Position numbers and translations under genes: made by a program. A stretch of 64,000 nt of DNA, taken from NCBI GenBank assembly GCA_041674545.1, contig JBAYVO010000001.1:89057-153056 (forward strand), in the 5' to 3' direction. Shown piece by piece: positions 43,103 to 52,800 of this stretch. The notes beneath the pieces were generated by a model. The model made no database searches, was not told the DNA's origin, and saw only the letters and a program-made list of their open reading frames with translations. The stretch's first letter is position 1. Every line of letters starts with the position of its first letter. Origin of the DNA: Candidatus Nanopelagicales bacterium. Lineage in GTDB: Bacteria; Actinomycetota; Actinomycetes; S36-B12; UBA10799.

Positions 43103-44125
43103 TCAGTTGGCGACGCGGGCGACGAGCACCTGCTCGGGGCGATAGATCACCGGGAGGAAGTGTTGTTCGATGAGATACTGGCGACTGGAAGGGTCTTTCT
43201 CCTTCCAGGTCTTAGCAAATCGACCTGTAAAGCCACGAGGGGCCTCATCGTCGGCAGTCGGGCCAAGCATGAACTCCATGGGACGGTTGTCCGAGAGGTT
43301 GGCAAAAATAATCTTGCCGTCACCCAGGAACATCGTCTCATTACCAGCCGCGTCCTCGTAGACCGACTCGGTGGTCGTCCAGTTGAGGCCCATGAAGCCC
43401 GGCATGGTGCCCGACGAGTAGTACTCGTCCTTCATGCGGTCCGACATCAGGCCAGCGGCGTTACCGTCGGTGGCGAAGGCGTCGAAGATCAGCGACAGCG
43501 TCTGCTCGGTGCAGAACGCCTCGCGGACCGGGACCTGACCATCACGCTGGATCAGGCGCTTCCACGCCCGGATGTCAGCGATGATCTGCGAAGCCGATGC
43601 GCTGGCCCAGAGGGTCGACGCGGTGGGCTTGTGCGAAGCCGAGAACTTGTAGTCGATCGACGCCTGAACGTCGTCGTAGTCGAACACCAGCTGACCCTGG
43701 AGAGCCTGCCACGCGCAGTACTCCATGAAGTTGTCAAAGCGGGTGTTCAGGTCGTTGATCTCACGGAGAACAGCGGCCTCGGCGTTCTTGGCGGCAAGCG
43801 ACCCTGGCTCACGGATCCAGTGGATCGTGGTCGGCTCGAATACCTTCTTCTCGCGAAGGTAGACGAACGCGGCGCTTTCCTGGCTCCGACCGAGCCGAGG
43901 CACGATGTGCGCCTCGGAGTTCGGAACGTTGGGCTTCGCCACGCTCCGGGAACCCTTGATCACGTCCCACTTCGCCACCGGGTAAGGCCACGGCTGCTTG
44001 GAGAGACGGTTGACCAGGATCAGGTTCTCCGGAGCCTTCATCTTCTCGACCACGCCCATAAGCACGGTCGGCTCCAGCAAACTGATGTCCGGCAACTCTG
44101 TCACCTTTCTCGCTGACGCAGTCAC
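43103..44125 (-). CDS. Major capsid protein, lambda gpE-like
   Basis: 340 aa. C-terminus GRFAKTWKEKDPSSRQYLIEQHFLPVIYRPEQVLVARV parallels lambda gpE RYPKNWVTTGDPAREFTMIQSAPLMLLADPDEFVSVQL. Paired with a gpD-like gene upstream. Confidence 0.85.
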   Translation of the reverse strand: MTASARKVTELPDISLLEPTVLMGVVEKMKAPENLILVNRLSKQPWPYPVAKWDVIKGSRSVAKPNVPNSEAHIVPRLGRSQESAAFVYLREKKVFEPTTIHWIREPGSLAAKNAEAAVLREINDLNTRFDNFMEYCAWQALQGQLVFDYDDVQASIDYKFSASHKPTASTLWASASASQIIADIRAWKRLIQRDGQVPVREAFCTEQTLSLIFDAFATDGNAAGLMSDRMKDEYYSSGTMPGFMGLNWTTTESVYEDAAGNETMFLGDGKIIFANLSDNRPMEFMLGPTADDEAPRGFTGRFAKTWKEKDPSSRQYLIEQHFLPVIYRPEQVLVARVAN

Positions 44126-44247
44126 CGGAATTATGCTGGGACTGCTATGTACATCTGATTCGTCAGCGAGTCCGATATTTAAATCGAACCCCGGCCTGCG
44201 CCACGCTGGTTAAAGCGTCATCCGGCTGGCCTACGTGCTAATGCTTA

Positions 44248-44652
44248 TCAGAAGGTAAGCGTGTCGAAACTGTCATCGAGACGAGCGTTGAGGTCAGCGA
44301 TGGCGGCGGAGTCGAGTCCGACGACCAGCTGGCTCTTCAAGATGCCCGAGATGACGATGTTGCCCTGGTAGGTGTGACCCTGGGCGTCCGTACCGGTGTC
44401 AACGCCACGACGCAGGACACCGCGAGCAACACCCGCGCCATCCGAGCCGCCGTTGTCGTACTTGACCCACTTCTTATCCGTGGTGCGCTGCGCAAGCACA
44501 GTGCCCAGCGGGAGAATGCCCTGGCCAGCCGCGAGGGTGACACCCTTCTGGGTGAACCGCGCGTAGCTGTAGAGCAGCTCGGGGTCGTAAGAGGTGTTGC
44601 CCTTCCAAAAGCCCGGGGAAGGGATGATGTTGCCGACGTACTCCACTGCCAT
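44248..44652 (-). CDS. Head decoration protein, lambda gpD-like
   Basis: 134 aa. KKWVKYDNGGSDGAGVARGVLRRGVD...GNIVISGILK resembles the gpD core. Lies immediately upstream of the gpE-like capsid gene. Confidence 0.65.
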   Translation of the reverse strand: MAVEYVGNIIPSPGFWKGNTSYDPELLYSYARFTQKGVTLAAGQGILPLGTVLAQRTTDKKWVKYDNGGSDGAGVARGVLRRGVDTGTDAQGHTYQGNIVISGILKSQLVVGLDSAAIADLNARLDDSFDTLTF

Positions 44653-44698
44653 GTCTAATGCTCCTCAGGAAAAGTCGCTGCCGCCGCGATCAGCCGAA

Positions 44699-45898
44699 TC
44701 AGGAAGTCAGGTACTGCGCGGCAGGACCGTCAGACGCGGTGAGACGAGCAAGCTCGGCCTCGACGTCGATCTCCTGCTTCTGGTGAGCCTCAGCGTCAGG
44801 AGCGACACCCTTCTCGACCGACAGAGCCACGATCGGCTCCTCGGGGAGCAGGGCGTCGAAGGTCTCCCGGTTCGACAGGGCCAGGTTCAGGTACGTCTCA
44901 CGCTTGGCCGGGACGATGAAGCCCCGGTCGATGAGACCGTCGATCTCGGTCTCGACGTTGCGCTTCTCCAGAGCGAGAATCCGCTCACCGGCAGCGTCGA
45001 AGTTGCTCGACAACTTGACGTTCTGCTGAGCAAGCTCAGACACAGCGTCAACGAGCGTGTCGGTGTCGATTTCGCCATCCTTGTTCGAGAGAGCGACCTC
45101 GGCGTCGGTACCGGTCAGAGCAGCCTTGACCTTGGCGGCCAGCTCCTCGACGTCCGGCTTCGCGGCCAGCTCCTCCTGGGCGGCAGACAGCGCAGTCTCG
45201 GCAGTCTCCGTCTTGGTCTTGAAGGTCGCCAGCTGCTCCTGCAGCGCGGTGACATCCAGCTCGTGCTCGGCCTTCAACTCGGCCAGAATCTCATCCAGCG
45301 TGCGGGGCACCGCAGCCTCCCTCTGATCGCTTGTCGCACTCATCTCAAGGAGCGCGGGGCTGCCTTCGTATTCGGACGACGCCGCAACGATCTCCTCATA
45401 GGGATCCAGCTGGGTCACGTATGGACGGTTCGTGACAGCTACGTGTAAAAGCGTCGGACCAACCTTCTGGTTGGTAGTTGTGTCGGTGTAGTTCAAATGC
45501 ATGAACGCCGACGCACCCAAAAGGGTCTTACCGAAATCATCGGCACTCTTACGCGCATCTACGTGTGCGTAGATCTTGCCGTTCTTATCATCGACCTCGA
45601 TGTCGAGAACTTCACCGAGATTTGCACCAGGATTCTCGACATGCTCATTCTGGTCATTGGCAAGAGGGACCTGAACAATGGGACAGACATTGGCGTCAAA
45701 GTTGCCCTTAAGAGCATCGCCAAATGCCTTGTCAATCTTAATCTTGGTCTTGGTGACCGGATGAATCAACTCTCCATAGGAGAGGATGTGCTTCCGGAAC
45801 ACCCGTCCCTGCTTCTGGCGGGACAGAGCGACAGAGTCGTTCATCTCTGTCCAGTCCGCATCCGGTGACGGCGCAATTACCGTATACAGATCGCCCAT
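44699..45898 (-). CDS. Capsid scaffolding protein (possible protease-scaffold fusion, Mu gpI-like layout)
   Basis: 399 aa: an ~190-aa globular N-terminus followed by a long Glu/Ala/Leu coiled coil. Positioned between MuF and the decoration/capsid genes. Confidence 0.6.
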   Translation of the reverse strand: MGDLYTVIAPSPDADWTEMNDSVALSRQKQGRVFRKHILSYGELIHPVTKTKIKIDKAFGDALKGNFDANVCPIVQVPLANDQNEHVENPGANLGEVLDIEVDDKNGKIYAHVDARKSADDFGKTLLGASAFMHLNYTDTTTNQKVGPTLLHVAVTNRPYVTQLDPYEEIVAASSEYEGSPALLEMSATSDQREAAVPRTLDEILAELKAEHELDVTALQEQLATFKTKTETAETALSAAQEELAAKPDVEELAAKVKAALTGTDAEVALSNKDGEIDTDTLVDAVSELAQQNVKLSSNFDAAGERILALEKRNVETEIDGLIDRGFIVPAKRETYLNLALSNRETFDALLPEEPIVALSVEKGVAPDAEAHQKQEIDVEAELARLTASDGPAAQYLTS

Positions 45899-45934
45899 GT
45901 CCGAGGTCTTCGGCAGCTACCAGATTCCAAACAT

Positions 45935-45972
45935 GAAAAAGCGCCCGGGATCGTCATGAACCCGGGCGCTTT
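45935..45972 (-). terminator. Rho-independent terminator
   Basis: Minus strand reads AAAGCGCCCGGG-TTCATGACGAT-CCCGGGCGCTTT followed by TTC: a 12-bp perfect stem running into a T-rich tract. Confidence 0.85.
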
Positions 45973-45984
45973 GACAACGCTGCA

Positions 45985-46293
45985 CTACTGAGGTGACCGC
46001 TTGCGGTTCTCCACCGCCTCCAGCGCTACCGCGCGGGCGAGAACGTGCCGTGGCTCTTCACCTGTCTTACGTGGGATGGCTCGCCACAACGCCACCGTGG
46101 GAGTGCGCTGGGCAAGATGGCGCGCCCACTCGTCCCATGTCGGAGCTGAACCTCGGGACTCCATGATGGACGCCCCGAGTGTCCGAGCCTCGCCTCCGTC
46201 CTTGGTGCGAAGGTATGCCGACGATGTCGGGGACAGCCACACACCGAGAACCTTGTTCGAATCTGGGTGCACATGCACCAGCGCTAGAGGCAT
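45985..46293 (-). CDS. Hypothetical protein (102 aa)
   Basis: AAGGAG RBS. Last gene before the terminator at 45935-45972. Confidence 0.55.
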   Translation of the reverse strand: MPLALVHVHPDSNKVLGVWLSPTSSAYLRTKDGGEARTLGASIMESRGSAPTWDEWARHLAQRTPTVALWRAIPRKTGEEPRHVLARAVALEAVENRKRSPQ

Positions 46294-46303
46294 CCCGAAC
46301 TCC

Positions 46304-46873
46304 TTACGAAGACCGGGTCAAGGATACAACCTCGGGCACCGTTCCCGACGGCGCACTCAAGGCCACACCGCCCACATGCGGATTAACGTATGCCAGCTCC
46401 ATCGACTCGGTATCGATGTCCGAAGAACTCTGCACGACCAGCTCACCAGCCGGGCCCGCAAACTGCGCCTGATCCATGAGAACCCGACGCAGCTTTTCCC
46501 TGTGCGGGGCCAGGAACTCCGCCAAACCCTCGGAGAACCACGAGTTCAGCTCCCACAACCCGGAGCGAGCACTGTCCAAGGGCAACAGCTGCGTGCGAAC
46601 CACGTAGTGCCCGTCTCGGTCGATTTCCTCCCAGGAGTTGATGTACATCAGCACATCCTGGTCGCCATCGAACGACATCAGCACCGGCCACTCGCCGCGC
46701 ATCTGCATCACGACCAGCACCGGGAAGTTGAACCGGCCATCCGGGTCGAGACGGCCGTCCGCCATCACCTGCGAGAACGTGGCCCCCTGAGGGAAGCTCT
46801 CATCGAGAAACACCTGCCACGCTGCCGCCGCTTCGACAGCAGAACTGAACTGCTGCTCCGTCGGGTTGTTCAC
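46304..46873 (-). CDS. Hypothetical acidic protein (189 aa) directly after the MuF giant
   Basis: GTG 46873 lies 2 nt after the giant's TGA. No motif recognised. Confidence 0.6.
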   Translation of the reverse strand: MNNPTEQQFSSAVEAAAAWQVFLDESFPQGATFSQVMADGRLDPDGRFNFPVLVVMQMRGEWPVLMSFDGDQDVLMYINSWEEIDRDGHYVVRTQLLPLDSARSGLWELNSWFSEGLAEFLAPHREKLRRVLMDQAQFAGPAGELVVQSSSDIDTESMELAYVNPHVGGVALSAPSGTVPEVVSLTRSS

Positions 46874-46875
46874 GA

Positions 46876-49800
46876 TCAGTCATCCTCCTCATCAGGGTTC
46901 CACGCGAGCGCTGCCGCCTTGACCTTAGCCAAAGCTTCCGCCTTGCCCGCAGCTACCACGAACCTATCTTCAATCGTCAAACCACGGATGTTTGTTACAC
47001 CCTTGCTCTTCAGGTAGTCGATGAACGCCTGACGTTCCGACTGACTGTTAAACACAGCAAGTTCGATGTCATCCAACACCGAGATTCCATGCTTAATCAT
47101 GGTCTCGTTATGGTCTTGAATGCTGGTAGCTTTCTCTAAGCTAAAATCAGACTTAATTTTACGATTGTCAATTTTACCCCAACCATCGCCCTTAAAGGAA
47201 TAGTTGGTAGTTTTTGCCAACACACGCGGGTTTACATAAATTTGAGAGTAATCAAAGTTATTGCCGGTCTGATTAGTGCGAACAAAGTTAAAATGTCCAG
47301 CGCCGTTAGTAATGTCCGGCGGAGAAGACTGACCTTCAATAACCTTGCCCATCATACGAGGACGCGCTTCGTTCGACCACAGACCGCCCGTACGAAGAAT
47401 CGTACGCATATCACCCATACCGATGGAGTGCGTAGCAAAAGGCTTGTTCTTGAGGTACTCCCAGTCCGCATCAAAACGATCCCAGTACGGGTTGCCGCCG
47501 ACTACCTCAGGACGCGCCACGTTCGGATGCGAGAACTTCGGCATGTACTTCTGCTTATCTACAAACTCTTTAACTTGCTCTTTGCTGGTCAATCGAGACC
47601 ACGCCTCGCGCCAACGCTCCAGCTCTTCTTTAGCCTGAAGCGCAGGAGTGCCCTCCGTGCCGCCCGGCAAATTGTCCCGGACGTAATCCACCACGTCTTT
47701 GTGCTTACCCTGCCCCTGGTCCCTGCGATCCGTGAGCACGCCGTACAGGTGGCGCCAGTAGAACAGCTCCATGTCGGTATCCTCCGCAGCAGACAGGTCC
47801 AATCCCATCTGCTGCAGCGCAGTCATAGCTGCCTCGGTTCCCGTATGCGTGCCGTCGTAGTTGCGCACCTTGATCTTCAGACCGCCCTGCTGAGACCGCC
47901 GCACGCCATCTTCGTCGTGCCACGACCGGTACTCGATTTCTGTACCGTCAGGGAGTTCCACAACATACGTTGTACCCGACTGAAGAATTTGGCTATTCCA
48001 GCCCGATGGCTTAGATCCATTCAGAACCATATTGCCGTCATCGTCGATCGAGCCCTGCTCGTAGTAGGACACAACCTTCTTGACCTTGAAACCGTCCGAC
48101 GGAGCTGCAATCTCCGGCGTGATAGCTGGCCTCTTCGGAGGCTCGAACGGGAACGGGTCAAAATCACCGTGCTTAGACTGACCGCCAAAATCGATTAAAC
48201 GCTGTACGTCTTTGATTTTGCCATCGTAGTACGACAGCAAATTCTTGTACGTTTCCTTGGCTTCTGTCCAGTCAGCAAACTGTGATGGATAAATACCCGA
48301 TTCGACCTCAGCAAGCTTCTTCTCAACATCCGCTTTCATGGTATTAAAATTAGCCATGTGCGACGAGTTGAAGTTTTGATCTCCTAACCCGTTGTGATGA
48401 GAAACAGTCTTAGCAGCAGCAAGCGAGAACTGCGAATAGCTAGTAGCTCCCGCGTTACTCAAAAACTCAGTCTTTTGATAACTGTCTGAAACATCTCCTA
48501 CTGTAACCGTATTGCCAGCGCGAGCCACAAGCCACTTGCGCAACTCCTTGTCCGCCTGCTTACGGACCAGCGCAGTCATATGCAGCTCGGTACCACCCTG
48601 CGACGTCTTCACCTCTTGCGCCAGAACGTAGTTCTCCTCCAGCGCATTGCCGCCAAAGAAAGTAGAAGCTCCCGCATGTCCGGCTTCCTTCACCCGGGTG
48701 AGATGGTCCTCCGAAAACCCGGAGAACACATGCTTGCCGAGGCTCTGGCTCTTGGCTGGCTTCTCGCGACCCAGCTGCGAGTAAATACCGTCCCAGAACT
48801 TCTCAAAATCCTCGGACAATGCGTTCTTACGCGCCAGCGCCTGCGACACCAGGTCAGGCAGATCCTTGGCAGACGTCCATCCAAAGTTGGTGCGGTTCTG
48901 TAATCCCTCAGTGATTGTCGAACCCCAGGACGCATCCGATACCGACGACGTCTTCCGTGCCTGCGCCATAGATGCGAGGTACAACGAGTCCACATCCGCG
49001 TCGGAATACTTTCCTGACAACGCAGCCTTGTAGACCTTGTCGTAGTAAGGGGTGGTCCAGTCGGACAACTGCCCGACCTTCAGCTGCATAGAGCCCGGCT
49101 TGCCGAAACGCACGAAGGAACGGGCGATGTCGATCGGCATCACGCGCTTGCCATCGGGCATCAACAGGAAGTTGTTGCCGTGAGCGTCATCGTTTGCTGT
49201 GGCCCAGTCCTGCACGTGCGCGGCCATCAGATCCTTGAGTGCCGAGATGGGCAGGTCAACAGGATCAGTGTTCATCAAGGTTCCCTGGCTGGGGACCTTG
49301 GCCTGGAACTGGCCGAACTTGCCATTAAACGTTCCCAGCTCCGACGCGGCAACCCGGAATCCCGCAAGCTCCGCCAACTTGTGGCTGGCGTGCTCGATCT
49401 CAGCGCGGAACTTCTCAGGAGCGACCTTGAACAGGAACGGGTTGCCCTGCTCATCGGTCAGCTGCCAGATCTCCGAAGACGAGCCACCACCGAGCGGAGG
49501 CTGCTCCGCATTCATGGTGTAAGTCTTCTTCTCAAGCTTCAACGCATCATGCACAAAGCCCAGCAGTGCAGGAACGTTGTAGTGTGAATCCTCGTAAATC
49601 TTGCCCAGCAAATCCTGCATCTGCTGCTTGGCAAAAGCCGGGCTCTTGAACGTGGCAGAACCTTCAGGGGCCGCAGCTACCGCGTGCAGCGCGACCAGCT
49701 GTGCCTTTACCTCGGGCGTCTGACTAGTCAAGAACTCAACAGACTTGTCACTGACACCAACATGGTTCAAATAAGTATCAAGCTGACTGTTGTTCCATCC

Positions 49801-52800
49801 CTGCACCGCAACCTTGGAATAATCCATTTCAGGAAAACCTTCGGGCAACGGGACTGCATAGCCGGGAGCGTACTTCTCCACTGACGGAAGAATAGGCGAA
49901 GAATGAATGTCGCCCTCGTTGACATTTTTCTGTCCAAGATACGAGAGAGAATCAGTTCCCAGCTTGTTCCCTGAAGCGTGTGCGATTGCCCAAGAACGCT
50001 TTTGGCTACTGCTTAACCCTGTAGGATGCTGCATGTTTGCGGCAAGCAAATACGCATCTACAGTCTCACTCTGCCAAAGATGCCAAGAGTCAGTGTTGGG
50101 CCACGATCCGTCAACTTTGATTCCAGCAGGAATCTCGCCTGAGACTAACGGCGGCATCTTCTTCTTGACGAAGCCGGACGCGTTCACCGGGTTTTCAGGA
50201 GAACCCGGGTGCACCTTGCGCTTACCGTGCTGCTGAACCTTCTTGGACTCGATCTCGTAAGCCTTGTCCCACTCACCGTTGGCCCACGCGTACATCCACG
50301 CGACCAAGTCTTCCTTCTTGGTCGAGCTGTTCAGATGCTTGGCTGCAATGTTCTCGAACCCGGAATCCTTGGCCCACTTCTTCGCAGACGCCAACAGCAC
50401 CGGCTTCTCGACCCAGTCCGGCCTGATGTGCCCCGCCACCATGAACGGCTGCAACACCGGGGCGTCCGCATCGAACATGTGCGACGGCGTAGACGCGACC
50501 GGAGAGTTCTGCGGTGGCACCCAGAACATGTCACCGGACTCCACGGCGTTCATGAACTCATCGATGTCCATGTTTGGGCCACTGGCGTCCAGCGTGACGT
50601 GCATTCCCTCGCCGTCGGTCCAGGTGCCCAGCTGCACCCCATTCCAATAACCGTCCGGCGAGACCTCATCGGGCGCGTCCGGGGTGTTGGGGACCGGGTC
50701 GACCGCAGGAGCCACCGATGGGCCGTCGTAGACGCTGTCGAGCTTGGAGACCAGCTCTTCCGGGCTGTAGACCTTCAGCACCGAGCCATCGGCATCGATC
50801 TTCTGGACGAGACCGTCAGGATCGAACTTGTAGTGCGCCACCTGCGGGGCAGCACCCGTAGACAGCAGGTTCCCCTGGCCCAGGCCAGTCAGATACACAA
50901 ATTGGTTATTCTTCGCAGCAGTCTGGAAAGCCTGCGAGAACGGCGTGGTAGTCGGCGCCCACGCGTCCTGCATAGAAGCGTTGCCTGCTTTGGCTACCAG
51001 GTCGCCCAGGTACGGAGACTGCAACGCAGCGCCCGCCTGATCCTCCAAAGACGGGGGCCCGGAATCCTCCAGATCTCCCTGGAACACCGCCGTATGCGTC
51101 TGGAATGACAGAGTGTCATCCATCAGGTTCATGGCAAAAAACGATGGTGAAATGCCCTCAGGCCCGTTCTCGCCTACCTTGAAAACGTTTCCGTTGTACT
51201 GATGCTTGTAATCGCCGATCAGGAACCCGTTAGGGTCCTTGAGCGCCTCGGTCATCCAAGAGTCCGGACTCACCTGCAACGCCGTGGGAGCAATACCCTC
51301 GCTGGTGAGATAGGGCTTCACCACATCAATATGCGCCATTGACTCACCGGATGGCGTCGCAATGAGCACCGAGCCGTCCGGGTACACGCTGTAAGTAGAA
51401 GTCCCTGAAGCGTAGTGACCGACCTGCACTCGATTCACGTAGACAGCATTAGGATCCGTCGGAAGATCCGACAGCTTATCCCAAGTACCTAACTCAAGCA
51501 TACTCTTGACAAGATCAGAATCTGTCATATGAACAGTCTGACCAGAAGACGTGTTAATGCTGTGCGCTGTTCCGTCCGGGTAGACCTTGAGCGCCATACC
51601 ACCCGGAGAGGTGTAGAACCCGACCTCAGGCAACTCCGAACCCGCAAGATCCGTGCCTAATCCGGAGGTCTGGAACTTGTCACCAATCTTGTCGGCGATC
51701 TGTGCAGAACTCAAATTCTTGAAATCTCCATCGTTGATTTCAACAACAGAGTTCTCTTCAGGATTGATCTCGAAGTAAGTTCCGCCCTCGAAATAACCAT
51801 CATCGGTGTCGATGTACCCGGAAGAACTCCAGAAATGGGTTTCACCAGTCTTGTGCGCCTGCTGGAACGCGTCCGCAAAAGAATTGTCAAAAATGCCATC
51901 CGTGTCCTTGGCATTTTTGACCAATTCCTGCAGCGAAAGAGAACCGCCCGACACGTTGGTGGTCGGCGGACCACTGAAGAAATCTTCCACCGGGTCCGGC
52001 GCGCCCACATCTACAGGAGTGACATCCGGATCCGAATCAGGTCCAGTCACAGGCGTCGGGTTGGACGCCATGTTGTCGGCCTTGCCCTGCAGGACAGCGA
52101 TAACCGCTTCCTTGAGCTTGCCGTAGTGAACCTTGCCGTTACCGCCCTTAAACGGAGCAGACAGCGGGTCCGCCTCGATGAAGGTCTTGAGATCCGCCTT
52201 GGCGAGCGGAGAGTCAATCGCCTTGAGCGGCGCCTTCACGCTAGTAGAGCTGGAATTCTTCACCGCATCGATAGCGTCGAGAATTTCCTGCTTGGTAACG
52301 CTCTTCCCTGCAACGGACACCGTAGACGGAGCAGTCGGCGCTTCCGGCGGATTGTTGAGCTGCAGAACAGCATCGTCCATGTGCTTCTGCAGCGCATCCG
52401 ACACGGCCTGCTTCCACGGCGCCGAGTCCAAATGCGAATCGACACCGAGGCTTGCTCCGAACCCGTTCTGGCCCATTCCCTTGAACGGATGTCCCGCAGG
52501 GAGATGGCCCATCAACGTGTAGAACTGACCATCCGGGTCCAATCCCAGCGGCGGGCCATCCCACAAGCTCTTGAGCAACTGCAGCTCGTTGACGCTGGCC
52601 TCGACAGTACCCAGCTGCACCTTGGGAGAATCATCCGGACCGGGCGTCTCGACAGGACCATTCTGACCTGGACGTGTCTTCACATTCAGATAGTCATTCA
52701 ACCCATCGAACAGCACCTTGTTCATCTCATGAGCCGGAGTACGGCCCACGAACTCGCTCCAGTCCACGCCATACGCGAGCGGGTTATGCCCTACTTGCGC

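Noticed and set aside
44126-44247. tRNA-like string GGGGTTCGATTT (plus 44181-44192) and a nearby ACGCT/AGCGT hairpin
   Set aside because: No complementary T-stem exists. The anticodon-like loop is 6 or 8 nt rather than 7, and there is no acceptor stem. It is not a tRNA; at most it is a degenerate fragment.
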